This document shows, one piece after another, positions 9,447 through 19,088 of a stretch of 64,000 nt of DNA. The stretch's first letter is position 1. Every line of letters begins with the position of its first letter. The DNA lies in contig CAVVNQ010000010.1 in the NCBI GenBank assembly GCA_963749705.1, positions 32,001-96,000 of the forward strand, given 5' to 3'. The translations under genes were made by a program, and so were the position numbers. Below the pieces are notes generated by a model, which made no database searches, was not told where the DNA came from, and saw only the letters and a program-made list of their open reading frames with translations. Origin of the DNA: an uncultured Chloroflexia bacterium (GTDB lineage Bacteria; Chloroflexota; Limnocylindria; Limnocylindrales; CSP1-4).

Positions 9447-10171
9447 GTTTCCTGGAGCGGGTCGATCAGAGCATCCGCCGCAGCCCGGTCTGGCGATCGC
9501 TGTTCCGCAACCCGTACCCCAACGACGAGCGGTCGCGGGCGTATGCGGTGATGAACAACGTGTTCCTGCACCTGCACCCGGTGCGCGTGCGGCAGCACGC
9601 GGTCAAGTTCGCCTACACGTTCTGCCTGGGCGGCCTGAGCTTCTTCCTGTTCCTCGTGCTCACCGTGACCGGCGTGTACCTGATGTTCTTCTACATCCCG
9701 TCGGAGACGCAGGCGTACTCGAACATCCTGGACATCCAGAGCCGGGTGGCGTTCGGCCTGCTGACCCGCAACATCCACCGGTGGGCCGCCCACCTGATGG
9801 TGTTCTTCGTGTTCCTGCACATGATGCGGGTCTTCTACCACGGGGCCTACAAGCCGCCGCGCGAGTTCAACTGGGTCGTGGGCGTCGTGCTCCTGTACCT
9901 GACCATCCTGCTCAGCTTCACCGGCTACCTGCTGCCGTGGGACCAGATCGCGTACTGGGCGATCACGATCGGCACCAACATGGCCGGCTACGCGCCGCTG
10001 TTCAACACCCCGACCAAGCTGCTGCTGCTGGGTGGGATCGAGGTCGGCCAGAACACGCTGCTGCGGTTCTACGTGCTCCACATCATGGTGTTCCCGCTGG
10101 TTGCGGCGGTGTTCCTGGCGGTGCACTTCTGGCGCATCCGCAAAGATGGAGGGATCTCGGGACCGCTATGA
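9443..10171 (+). CDS. petB: Cytochrome b6-type (split cytochrome b, N-terminal) subunit of a Rieske/cytb complex
   Basis: HRWAAH...[26 protein letters not shown], heme-ci Cys in FCLGG, C-terminal GGISGPL. Confidence 0.93.
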   Translation: MSFLERVDQSIRRSPVWRSLFRNPYPNDERSRAYAVMNNVFLHLHPVRVRQHAVKFAYTFCLGGLSFFLFLVLTVTGVYLMFFYIPSETQAYSNILDIQSRVAFGLLTRNIHRWAAHLMVFFVFLHMMRVFYHGAYKPPREFNWVVGVVLLYLTILLSFTGYLLPWDQIAYWAITIGTNMAGYAPLFNTPTKLLLLGGIEVGQNTLLRFYVLHIMVFPLVAAVFLAVHFWRIRKDGGISGPL

Positions 10172-10291
10172 CCAGCCATCGCCGCGTTGTCGCCTCCGCC
10201 CCTCGCTCACGCACCACTGAGTGCGCTCGCTCGGGTGCTCCCCTGCGCCTTCGCTACTCGCCGGCTCCTAGCGGCCCAGAGGGCTCATTCG

Positions 10292-10909
10292 ATGACTGAG
10301 ACGAAGAAGCCGTCCGAGAGCCGGGTGGTCCTGCCGGTCGACCCGGCTCGAAGGACCGAGATCGACAAGCAGCGGGTGCCGATGTCGGCGCGCCCGTACC
10401 GCCTGCTGGCCCTGGTCAAGCAGGACGCCGTCGTGCGGGTCCAGAAGGAGCCCGACGACACGGTCATGACCTGGCCGCACCTGGTCAGCATCGAGTTCCT
10501 CGCGGCGGCCATGATGAGCATCCTGCTGCTGCTGATGGGCCTGTTCATCAACGCCCCGCTCGAGGACCTTGCCAACGGCAACGTCACGCCGGCGGTCGCC
10601 AAGGCCCCCTGGTACTTCCTCGGGCTGCAGGAGCTGCTCGCCTACTTCCATCCCACCGTGGCGGGCGTGATGGTGCCGACGTTCGTGGCCCTCGGCGGGA
10701 TCGCGCTCCCGTTCGTCGACCGGGGCAACATCCACGCCAACCGTCCCTCGGATCGGAAGACCGCCGTCGTGCTGTTCTCGCTGCTGTGCACGCTCGGGCT
10801 GTTCCTGACATTCGTCGCGATCTTCTTCCGGGGTCCCGGCTACTCGTTCGTCATCCCGTACCTCGAGTTCTTCTCGATCGGGACACCGGGCCTTCACTTC
10901 GCCCTCTGA
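10292..10909 (+). CDS. petD: Cytochrome b subunit IV (split cytochrome b, C-terminal half)
   Basis: TWPHL, APLEDLAN..TP...KAPWYFLGLQELL, three TM helices. Confidence 0.85.
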   Translation: MTETKKPSESRVVLPVDPARRTEIDKQRVPMSARPYRLLALVKQDAVVRVQKEPDDTVMTWPHLVSIEFLAAAMMSILLLLMGLFINAPLEDLANGNVTPAVAKAPWYFLGLQELLAYFHPTVAGVMVPTFVALGGIALPFVDRGNIHANRPSDRKTAVVLFSLLCTLGLFLTFVAIFFRGPGYSFVIPYLEFFSIGTPGLHFAL

Positions 10910-10925
10910 TCCGAAGGAACCGCGC

Positions 10926-11600
10926 ATGAGCAACTACCACGTCGAGCCCGTCCACAAGTCGCAGGCCCTCACGACCGAAGCCATCAAGGCCCTGCGCCAC
11001 GAGCAGGTCCAGGGCGTCTCCCGGCGCGAGCTGCTCCGCGGCTCGCTGGCCGCCGGCATGGGCCTGTGGCTGCTCGAGGTCACCGCCGGGACGATCGGCT
11101 TCCTGTGGCCCAACCTCGAGGGCAAGTTCGGCGGCGAGGTCAAGATCGGCACCTTCGACGACGTGAAGCTCGCCAACGCATCGCTGCCCGTCGACCAGGG
11201 GTTCCCCGCGTACTACTCGGAGGCCAAGGCCTTCGTGGTCCTGATCGACCCGTCGCAGCAGCGGTTCATCCCCGGCAGCGACACGACCGGCGACGGCACC
11301 GCCGAGAACGTCCGTGCGCTGTACCAGCGATGTCCGCACCTTGGCTGCAAGCCGAATCCGTGCATCAAGAACTTCTGGCTCGAATGCCCGTGCCACGGAT
11401 CGCGCTACGACCGGCTGGGCATCAAGGCCCTCGGGCCCCAGTACGGACCTGCCCCCCGGAGCATGGATCGCTTCGCGACCCGCGTGGATCCCGATGGCAC
11501 GCTGATCATCAACACCGGCAAGATCACCCTCGGTCCGCTGCCGGTCGCGGTCGGCCAGCCGGGGATCATCCCTCCGCGCACCCCGACCGGCTGCATCTGA
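10926..11600 (+). CDS. petC: Rieske [2Fe-2S] subunit
   Basis: Tat motif SRRELL; CPHLGC and CPCHGSRY; GPAPRSM. Confidence 0.93.
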   Translation: MSNYHVEPVHKSQALTTEAIKALRHEQVQGVSRRELLRGSLAAGMGLWLLEVTAGTIGFLWPNLEGKFGGEVKIGTFDDVKLANASLPVDQGFPAYYSEAKAFVVLIDPSQQRFIPGSDTTGDGTAENVRALYQRCPHLGCKPNPCIKNFWLECPCHGSRYDRLGIKALGPQYGPAPRSMDRFATRVDPDGTLIINTGKITLGPLPVAVGQPGIIPPRTPTGCI

Positions 11601-11636
11601 GCCGCCCGTGACCCCGCCCGCCCACCGAGGAGACCG

Positions 11637-12707
11637 ATGACCGACCAGCCCGGCCGCCCGCCCGAGGAGCGCCTGCCCGCCCCACGGCCGTCGTCCGCAC
11701 CGGTCCCGGCCGAGCGCTTCTCCGCGCCGCCGTCGGCCCACCGCAACGACCTGACGCCAGACCGCGCCGCGAGGATCGTCCGGCAGTCCGCCAACGCGCG
11801 CTGGGTCGGATTCCTCGCCGTCACGGTCGTGGCGCTGTTCGTCATCGCGTACTACTTCTATGAGCTCGGCCTGCCCGGCGGGCTGTCGGAGGCGCGCCTC
11901 CAGCAGCAGGCGGACGCCCAGCAGGTCACGTCGATCCAGCGCGGCTACAACATCTACCAGGCCAACTGTGCGCAGTGCCACGGGGTCAACGGCGAGGGCG
12001 GCAAGGGGCCGACCCTCAATCGGCAGGACAAGCTGTTCGCGCACCTGAACCCGGCCTACATCCACACGATGCTCCAGGTCGGCGGCCGGTACGCCTGCGG
12101 CAACCCGAACAGCATCATGCCCATCTGGTCCAACACCGGGAGCCCGCCCGGACCGCTCAACTACAAGCAGATCGAGGACCTGATCAACTTCATCCGGGCG
12201 TCGAAGGATCAGACCTACACGGTCCTCGACGCGTCGCTGTTCGAGCCCGTGATCGACCCCGCGACCGGCAAGGAGAAGACGTTCACGGGCTGGGTCGATC
12301 CCAACTACAAGCCGGACCCGGGCGCGACGCCGTTCCCGGCCTGCTGGTCCGACGAGTTCAGCCAGCCCGCCGCCTCCGCGTCGCCCGGGGCGTCCAGCGC
12401 GCCGGGAGCATCCGAGGCGCCATCGGGCACGGTCGTCAAGGAGAGCGCGCTCAACATCGCGTTCGAGAACGGCTCGCTGAGCGCGCCGGCCGACAGCGCG
12501 TTCCAGATCGAGTTCGAGAACAAGGACGCGGGGATCCCGCACAACATCGCGATCAAGGATCCGTCGGGCACGGAGGTGTTCAAGGGCGACATCGTCACCG
12601 GGCCGACGACCGTCACCTACGACGTCCCGGCGCTCCCCGCCGGCACCTACACGTTCACCTGCACGGTGCACCCGAACATGACCGGCACGCTCACGGTGGG
12701 GGGCTGA
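11637..12707 (+). CDS. Membrane-anchored monoheme cytochrome c fused to C-terminal cupredoxin
   Basis: TM helix, CAQCH, MPIW axial Met candidate; PHN...CTVHPNM type 1 copper motif. Confidence 0.88.
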   Translation: MTDQPGRPPEERLPAPRPSSAPVPAERFSAPPSAHRNDLTPDRAARIVRQSANARWVGFLAVTVVALFVIAYYFYELGLPGGLSEARLQQQADAQQVTSIQRGYNIYQANCAQCHGVNGEGGKGPTLNRQDKLFAHLNPAYIHTMLQVGGRYACGNPNSIMPIWSNTGSPPGPLNYKQIEDLINFIRASKDQTYTVLDASLFEPVIDPATGKEKTFTGWVDPNYKPDPGATPFPACWSDEFSQPAASASPGASSAPGASEAPSGTVVKESALNIAFENGSLSAPADSAFQIEFENKDAGIPHNIAIKDPSGTEVFKGDIVTGPTTVTYDVPALPAGTYTFTCTVHPNMTGTLTVGG

Positions 12708-12710
12708 CCG

Positions 12711-14153
12711 ATGACGCAGTCGCTGCTTCCGGCTCCGCGCCCCGCCGCGGCACCCCGCCGGCGCGCATTCTTCGGCGTGTTCGACGCCGACGGCTGGGGC
12801 TGGGCCTCGGTCAAGGCCTTCTTCTGGTTCATCATGCTCATCGTCCTGCTGGGCTACATCCCGGACCGCGCCTACTACTTCACGGTGCAGCGCACCGTCG
12901 ATGTCGGGCTGCTGGGCTGGTCGCCGATCAACTTCTGCCCGCCGGCGAACGAGACGCTGCCCTGCCCGGCCCCGGTCGGGGCCACCCTCCCATGGCATCC
13001 GTCGCCCACCGAGATCCAGCTTCCTGCCGGCCGGACCGACGGAGCGGCGGCGGCGCTGGGGAAGACCTACCTCTACGTCGGCGGCAGTGACGGGACCGCG
13101 GCAACGGACACCGTGTTCGTGTCGCACCCGGTCGGGGACGGCAACCTCGACAAGTGGACGGCCGGTCCGAGCCTGCCGGCGCCACGAACCGATGCGGCAT
13201 CCGTGGTCGTGGGCAGCACCCTGTACGTGATCGGCGGTGCCGATGCCACGGGAGCGCCGACGAATACGGTGTTCAGCATCACGGTCGACAACGACGGCGT
13301 GCTCGGCGAATGGACGCCGGAGGACGCCATCGCGCTCCCCGCGCCGCGAGCCGGGGCTTCGGCGGTCGCCGTGTCCGACGGGATCGTCGTGATGGGTGGT
13401 GCCGACGCCAACGGGCCGACCACGAATGTCTGGAAGTCGCAGCAGGACAAGAGCGGCGCGCTCCAGGCCTGGACCGACCAGTCGTCGCTGTTCGAGGAGA
13501 ACGTCGATGGCACCGCGATCCACGTGGGCGAGGTGATCTTCCTGATCGGCGGACGGAACGCGGCGGGCCCGGTGGCCACCGTCCAGCAGGGGCTGGTCGG
13601 CGGACCGTCGGCCACGACGGACGACCCGAACGCGATCTCGGCCGCGTGGCGTGCGAGCGAGCAGACCAACCTGCCGGCGGCCCGGACCAACGCGACCTCG
13701 TTCAGCGCGAATGGCGCGCTCTATGTCCAGGGTGGCAGCGATTCCACCGGCGCGCGCCCCGAGACGTGGTGGGCGACCCCCGACGCAGACGGCGTGATCC
13801 CCGAGTGGCATCACCTCTCGCAGCTCGACCTGGGGCAGGGCATCGACGGCGGCGCCGCGTTCACGGCCGGACCGTACGCGTTCATCGTGGGCGGCCGGAC
13901 GGCCTCCGGGTTGACGGGTTCCGCAGCCAGGGCGTACCTCGCGCCGGAGGAGCCGTTCTTCCAGCTGGGCGTCCTGGGCGCGACGATCCCGGCACTCAAG
14001 CTGAGTGGCGAGATCGGCCAGCAGCTCGGCTACCTCAGCGCCGCGGGAGCCGGGACCGTGAACTTCGTCGCGCTGCTGCTCATCGGCTGGGCGTTCGCGC
14101 ACAAGGAGCGCGTCCGGGAGATGATCGGCAACCGCCGGCGCCGCCGGACCTGA
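12711..14153 (+). CDS. Kelch-repeat beta-propeller protein with N- and C-terminal TM helices
   Basis: Repeated LYVGG/YVIGG/VMGG/LIGG/YVQGG/IVGG blades with LPAPR linkers; starts 3 nt after cytochrome c gene. Confidence 0.8.
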   Translation: MTQSLLPAPRPAAAPRRRAFFGVFDADGWGWASVKAFFWFIMLIVLLGYIPDRAYYFTVQRTVDVGLLGWSPINFCPPANETLPCPAPVGATLPWHPSPTEIQLPAGRTDGAAAALGKTYLYVGGSDGTAATDTVFVSHPVGDGNLDKWTAGPSLPAPRTDAASVVVGSTLYVIGGADATGAPTNTVFSITVDNDGVLGEWTPEDAIALPAPRAGASAVAVSDGIVVMGGADANGPTTNVWKSQQDKSGALQAWTDQSSLFEENVDGTAIHVGEVIFLIGGRNAAGPVATVQQGLVGGPSATTDDPNAISAAWRASEQTNLPAARTNATSFSANGALYVQGGSDSTGARPETWWATPDADGVIPEWHHLSQLDLGQGIDGGAAFTAGPYAFIVGGRTASGLTGSAARAYLAPEEPFFQLGVLGATIPALKLSGEIGQQLGYLSAAGAGTVNFVALLLIGWAFAHKERVREMIGNRRRRRT

Positions 14154-14265
14154 TCCGGGTGCCGCGGGGCTACCTGCGGCCGAGCCGGCGCACGGGCGAG
14201 ATCGGATCGCTCGCGGCCGAGACACCGCGACGCGTGCCGCAGCGTCCCGTCCGGCCGTCGACCCG

Positions 14266-14622
14266 CTATCCGTCCGCGGGTTGGACCGGTCCGCGCGCAA
14301 CGGGCAGCCCCATGCGCTCCCAGGTGCTGATGCCACCCGCGATGTTGGCAACGTCCGTCCAGCCGGACGCAAGCAGGTGGCCCGTGACGTTCGCCGACCG
14401 GTTGCCGGTCGCGCAGATCACCAGCACCGGCCGATCCCTGGGCACCTCGTCGAGACGGGCGCCGAGCTGCGACATCGGGATGAACAGCGATCCCTCGATC
14501 CGGACCTGGAGGTACTCGTCGCGCTCGCGGACGTCGAGGACGACCGCCGGTCGCACGGGGTCGCTGCGGCGGATGTCGGCATACAGCGGGTCGAGGGCGG
14601 GGATCCCCTGGGGACGGTTCAT
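14266..14622 (-). CDS. Rhodanese-like domain protein
   Basis: LDVRERDEY, CATGNRS, GGISTW. Confidence 0.88.
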   Translation of the reverse strand: MNRPQGIPALDPLYADIRRSDPVRPAVVLDVRERDEYLQVRIEGSLFIPMSQLGARLDEVPRDRPVLVICATGNRSANVTGHLLASGWTDVANIAGGISTWERMGLPVARGPVQPADG

Positions 14623-15053
14623 TCGGCTGCGGTCCTCCGGATGGCGGGTGGCGTTTCGGCGAGCTGCGGATCCGCGAGGCGTGCGTCCACGTCGGCGAGG
14701 AGGCGGGTGACGTCGACACCCCAGGCATCGGCCGCATCGACGGCCAGGGCGAGGTGGCGACGGGCCCCGTCGAGGTTCCTCGCGACGCCTGCGGGATTGC
14801 CGCGAACCGCGTGCACGTAGGCGGCCGCGACCTTGATCAGGCCCTGGTGAAGGGCCCGCTCCGCGAGGTCATCGCTGCCCATCCAGGCAGGCTCGAGGAT
14901 CTCGTGCGCCGCGAAGAAGTCACCCCGGGCATATGCCGCGAGGCCTGCCGTGAGGGCGTCCCGTCGCGTCTCCTCCGGCAGCGGGCGGTACGCCTTGTCG
15001 CGGTCCCCCTGCCGGATCGTGACCCGGCGATTGGAACGAGGCGCGGTCGGCAT
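14619..15053 (-). CDS. DUF309 domain protein
   Basis: GDFFAAHEILEPAW...QGLIKVAAAYVH...GN. Confidence 0.85.
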   Translation of the reverse strand: MPTAPRSNRRVTIRQGDRDKAYRPLPEETRRDALTAGLAAYARGDFFAAHEILEPAWMGSDDLAERALHQGLIKVAAAYVHAVRGNPAGVARNLDGARRHLALAVDAADAWGVDVTRLLADVDARLADPQLAETPPAIRRTAAE

Positions 15054-15109
15054 GCGCGCGAGTGTAGCGGCGCGGGTCGCGGAGGACCGACAAGCGCGTG
15101 CGGACGCGC

Positions 15110-15553
15110 TCAGGCGCGGGCTGCCTCGTCCGGCAGGTGCGCGAGCGGCCGGCGACCCGCGAACCCCTCGTCGTGCCGGTGCCAGAACCCGATGCTCGCC
15201 TCGCCGATTCGCCAGCACAGCCAGACCTGGCGGCCGCTCGCGAGCGCCGGGAAGTCGAGCAGCCCGGTGGAGATGTCGCGAAGCACGATCGATCGCTCGT
15301 CGAGCCACGCGACGTCGGCCTGCATCTGGTCGACGATGCCGCGCATCCGGAGCCGCAGCCGCCGCAGCTCGGCGTCGTCAGCCTCGGCATCGGGGGTCTC
15401 CGCGATCGTCTCGCCGACGACGATGCTCTCGCGCTCGCGGTAGGCATCGCGCAATCCGACCAGCTCGTCCCGCTGGTCACGGAGGCGCTCGACGACCACC
15501 GCAAGCTCGGGAACCAGGGCATTGGCGTCGTCGAGCGAGAAGAACCTTGACAC
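15110..15553 (-). CDS. DUF2203 domain protein
   Basis: FSLDDANALVP...RDISTGLLDFPA...LCWRIGE...WH...GFAGRRP. Confidence 0.88.
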   Translation of the reverse strand: MSRFFSLDDANALVPELAVVVERLRDQRDELVGLRDAYRERESIVVGETIAETPDAEADDAELRRLRLRMRGIVDQMQADVAWLDERSIVLRDISTGLLDFPALASGRQVWLCWRIGEASIGFWHRHDEGFAGRRPLAHLPDEAARA

Positions 15554-15687
15554 CCGGAGATTGTACCGGCGCTCGCCCGTACGCCCGTCTGTCCGCACCA
15601 TGACCGATGACCGGACGAAATGACCGGATCGGGGGAGTGGCCGTCGCCGGGACCTCGGGCACACTGGGGATCCCGCAGGGAGAGGCC

Positions 15688-17208
15688 GTGTTCATCCACC
15701 TTCGTCAGCCGTTCCTCGTGCGTCTCGCCGTCGTCGTCGCCTTCCTCGTGGCGGTCACGTCGATCCAGGCGATGGCCCCGGCACCCGCGTTGGCCGCGTC
15801 GACGATGACCACGGCGTGCTCCGGGGTCAATCTCCGGACCCGTCCGACGACCGCATCCACGACCAAGGTTCGCCTGGCCGCCGGGACCCGGGTGGTCGTG
15901 GTCGCCAAGGTCACCGGCGGCTCGTGGCGGACGAGCTGCGGCGGCCGAGCTGCATCAGGCAGGACGTGGTACCGGGTGTCATCGATCAACGGCCGCAGCG
16001 TGCGGTCGCGCTACGGGGTCTCGTATCTCTACGTGGCAACGAGCCTGCTCAAGGCGGTGTCGACCACGACCTCGTCGACCTCGAGCACCTCGACCACGCT
16101 GGCGGCGCGCTGCGATGCGGTGAACCTGCGGACCAGCGCCACCACGGCCGCGACGTCGAAGGCGAAGATCGCGTCGGGCACGATCGTCGTCGCCACGGCC
16201 AAGGTCAGCGGCGGAGCCTGGAAGACGTCGTGCACCGGCTCCACGGTCAGTGCGAGCACCTGGTACCGGATCACCTCCGTCAACGGCCGGTCCGTCTCGT
16301 CGCTGTACGGCGTGAGCTATGTCTACGCCGCGACGAGCCTGTTCAAGACTGCGACGGTCGCCCCGGCACCCACGCCCAGCCCGACCCCGACACCGAAACC
16401 AACCCCGACCCCGACGCCGAAACCAACCCCGACCCCGACACCGAAACCAACGCCCACGCCCACGCCCACGCCGACGCCAACCCCGACGCCGACTCCGACA
16501 CCCACGCCGACCCCGACACCGGCATCCACGCCCGGCCCGACGCCGACCGCGACCCCCACGCCGTCGCCCAGCCCGACGTACATCGAGGGCATCGACGTCA
16601 GCCACTGGCAGGGCCCGATCGACTGGGCCGCGGTTGCCGGGTCCGGGCGCACGTTCGCGTTCCTCAAGGCCACCGAATCGACCGACTTCTCGGACTCGAC
16701 CTATGCCGCCAACCGAGCCCAGGCCAATGCGGCGGGTCTCGTGATCGGTGCCTACCACTTCGCCCAGCCCGATGCCACGCCGGGCGATGCCGCCGCCGAG
16801 GCCGATCACTTCGTCGATACGGCCCAGCCCGCGAGCGGCGACCTGCCGCCGGTGCTCGACCTCGAGGTATCAGGCGGGCTGTCGGTCACGGACCTGACCG
16901 CGTGGGTCCAGGCATACCTCGACCGGGTGTACGAGCGGACGGGCGTGCGCGCGATGCTGTACTTCTCGCCGGCGTTCTGGACCAAGTACCTGGGCGGCAC
17001 CACGGTGTTCGCAACCGGCGGCTACCAGACGCTGTGGATCGCGCACTGGACGACCGGATCCGCGCCCACCGTGCCGGCCGAGAACTGGGGCGGCAACGGC
17101 TGGACGTTCTGGCAGTACACCTCGAGCGGGACCGTGCCCGGGATCTCGGGCAACGTCGACCTCGACCGCTATCGCTTCGACGACCTGGCGAAGGTCCGGA
17201 TCCCGTAA
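15688..17208 (+). CDS. Secreted GH25 muramidase with two SH3b-like repeats and Pro/Thr linker
   Basis: Signal peptide; two VNLRT...WYR repeats; [30 protein letters not shown]. Confidence 0.9.
   Translation: MFIHLRQPFLVRLAVVVAFLVAVTSIQAMAPAPALAASTMTTACSGVNLRTRPTTASTTKVRLAAGTRVVVVAKVTGGSWRTSCGGRAASGRTWYRVSSINGRSVRSRYGVSYLYVATSLLKAVSTTTSSTSSTSTTLAARCDAVNLRTSATTAATSKAKIASGTIVVATAKVSGGAWKTSCTGSTVSASTWYRITSVNGRSVSSLYGVSYVYAATSLFKTATVAPAPTPSPTPTPKPTPTPTPKPTPTPTPKPTPTPTPTPTPTPTPTPTPTPTPTPASTPGPTPTATPTPSPSPTYIEGIDVSHWQGPIDWAAVAGSGRTFAFLKATESTDFSDSTYAANRAQANAAGLVIGAYHFAQPDATPGDAAAEADHFVDTAQPASGDLPPVLDLEVSGGLSVTDLTAWVQAYLDRVYERTGVRAMLYFSPAFWTKYLGGTTVFATGGYQTLWIAHWTTGSAPTVPAENWGGNGWTFWQYTSSGTVPGISGNVDLDRYRFDDLAKVRIP
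16360..16578 (+). repeat. Coding Pro-Thr linker repeat
   Basis: Degenerate ACNCCN 6-nt repeats and 24-nt PKPTPTPT units inside the GH25 gene. Confidence 0.85.
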
Positions 17209-17315
17209 CGACCGTCGGGCGACTGCCGGGTCCCACCCGACATGACCACGATGGCCGGCACCGCGCCACGGCAGGGTACGGCCCGCTGCCGCCCATCCAA
17301 TAGACTGCTCCGCAC

Positions 17316-19088
17316 ATGAAGACGCCCGTCGACGCCGCATCCGCGGACCTCACCCGGCCGGGACCGGCCGAGGCGCGCCCCAACCCGCTGATCGACCTGG
17401 TCCGGGCGTCGATGATCGGCGACGACGAGGCTGTCGCCGGGCCCTACGGGGTCCGCCGGGTCACGTATGCGGACTACACCGCCTCCGGGCGGAGCCTGTC
17501 GTTCATCGAGGACTACATCCGCGACGCGGTCCTGCCCCTGTACGCGAACACCCACACCGAGTCGTCCGGCACGGGCCTCCAGACCACGCGCTTCCGCGAG
17601 GAGGCGCGCCGGCTCGTGCTCGACGGGGTCGGCGGTGACCCCGCACGGCACGCCGTGATCTTCTGCGGATCGGGTTCGACCGGTGCGATCAACCGGCTGG
17701 TCGACGTGCTCCAGCTGCGCATCCCGGCAGACCTCGACGACCGCTGGGACCTCCGGTCGCGCATCCCCGCCGAGCAGCGACCGGTCGTGTTCATCGGGCC
17801 ATTCGAGCACCACAGCAACGAGCTGCCATGGCGCGAGTCGATCGCGGACGTGGTGACGATCCGCGAGGATCGCGACGGCCTGGTGGACCTGGGACAGCTG
17901 GCCGACGAGCTCGCCCGGTACGCGGACCGGCCGCTCAGGATCGGCAGCTTCTCGGCCGCCTCCAACGTGACCGGGATCGTGTCGGACACGTACGCGATCT
18001 CGCGCCTGCTCCACGAGCACGGAGCGCTGTCGCTGTTCGACTTCGCCGCCGCGGCGCCCTACGTGTCGATCGAGATGGACCCGCCGGACGACCCGCTCGC
18101 GTACAAGGACGCGGTGTTCATCAGCCCCCACAAGTTCATCGGCGGGCCGGGGACCCCGGGCGTCCTCGTCGCGCGCCGCGAGCTGTTCACCAACCGGGTG
18201 CCGAGCGTCCCCGGCGGCGGTACGGTCCAGTACGTCAACCCGACCGAGCACGTGTACCTCGCCGACATCGAGCACCGTGAGGAAGGCGGCACGCCGGCAA
18301 TCGTCGAGTCCATCCGGGCCGGGCTCGTGTTCGGGCTCAAGGCGGCGGTCGGGGTGGATGCGATCCGCGACCGCGAGCACGCGTTCATCCAGCGCGCGAT
18401 GGAACGGTGGGAGGCGAACCCCTCGATCGAGATCCTGGGCAGCCACCAGGCCGAGCGGCTGTCGATCGTGTCGTTCGTCGTCCGCCCCGGGCACCGCCCG
18501 GGGCGCCGCCTCGACGGCCGGTACCTGCACCACAACTTCGTGGTCGCGCTGCTCAACGACCTGTTCGGGATCCAGTCCCGGGGTGGCTGCTCGTGCGCGG
18601 GACCCTACGGCCACCGGCTGCTCGGGATCGATGTCGAGACGTCGCACGAGTTCGAGCGCGAGATCGAGCGCGGCTGCGAGGGCATCAAACCGGGCTGGGT
18701 CCGGGTCAACTTCAACTACTTCATCAGCGACGCGGTGTTCGAGTTCATCCTCGATGCCGTCGACCTCGTTGCCCGGGAGGGCTGGCGGCTGCTGCCCGAG
18801 TACCGGTTCGAGCCATCGACCGGGATGTGGCGGCACCGCTCCGGGCAGCCCGAGCCGCCGCTGAGCCTGCGCGACGTGTCGTACGCGGACGGTCGGATGG
18901 CCTACTCGGCGCATCGCCACCGGGAGCCTGAGGCGCGGCTCGCCGACTATCTCGACCAGGCACGTGCGTTCCTGGCGGAGCCGCCGCGCGCGCTGGTCGA
19001 GCCGTCGATCGTCGAGGGCGATGTCGGCCCTGACTTCGAGGCGCTGCGCTGGTTCCTGCTGCCGGAGGACGTCGCGGCCGATGCCTGA
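17316..19088 (+). CDS. Aminotransferase class V (cysteine desulfurase-like) PLP enzyme
   Basis: YADYTASG, EHHSNELPW, ASNVTG, SPHKFIGG, RGGCSCA. Confidence 0.9.
   Translation: MKTPVDAASADLTRPGPAEARPNPLIDLVRASMIGDDEAVAGPYGVRRVTYADYTASGRSLSFIEDYIRDAVLPLYANTHTESSGTGLQTTRFREEARRLVLDGVGGDPARHAVIFCGSGSTGAINRLVDVLQLRIPADLDDRWDLRSRIPAEQRPVVFIGPFEHHSNELPWRESIADVVTIREDRDGLVDLGQLADELARYADRPLRIGSFSAASNVTGIVSDTYAISRLLHEHGALSLFDFAAAAPYVSIEMDPPDDPLAYKDAVFISPHKFIGGPGTPGVLVARRELFTNRVPSVPGGGTVQYVNPTEHVYLADIEHREEGGTPAIVESIRAGLVFGLKAAVGVDAIRDREHAFIQRAMERWEANPSIEILGSHQAERLSIVSFVVRPGHRPGRRLDGRYLHHNFVVALLNDLFGIQSRGGCSCAGPYGHRLLGIDVETSHEFEREIERGCEGIKPGWVRVNFNYFISDAVFEFILDAVDLVAREGWRLLPEYRFEPSTGMWRHRSGQPEPPLSLRDVSYADGRMAYSAHRHREPEARLADYLDQARAFLAEPPRALVEPSIVEGDVGPDFEALRWFLLPEDVAADA

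Noticed and set aside
10851-14372. 1173-aa minus-strand ORF, and similar long ORFs at 36015-38855, 32861-34879, 6678-9407 and 17169-19763
   Set aside because: Antisense shadows of well-supported genes; Arg/Gly/Pro-rich with no motifs, expected at this GC content.
15560-15687. c-di-AMP riboswitch upstream of the muramidase
   Set aside because: G-runs are present but the conserved ydaO motifs and pairing could not be identified.
16360-16578. Tandem repeats resembling a CRISPR or VNTR array
   Set aside because: In-frame Pro-Thr linker; no spacers and no cas genes.
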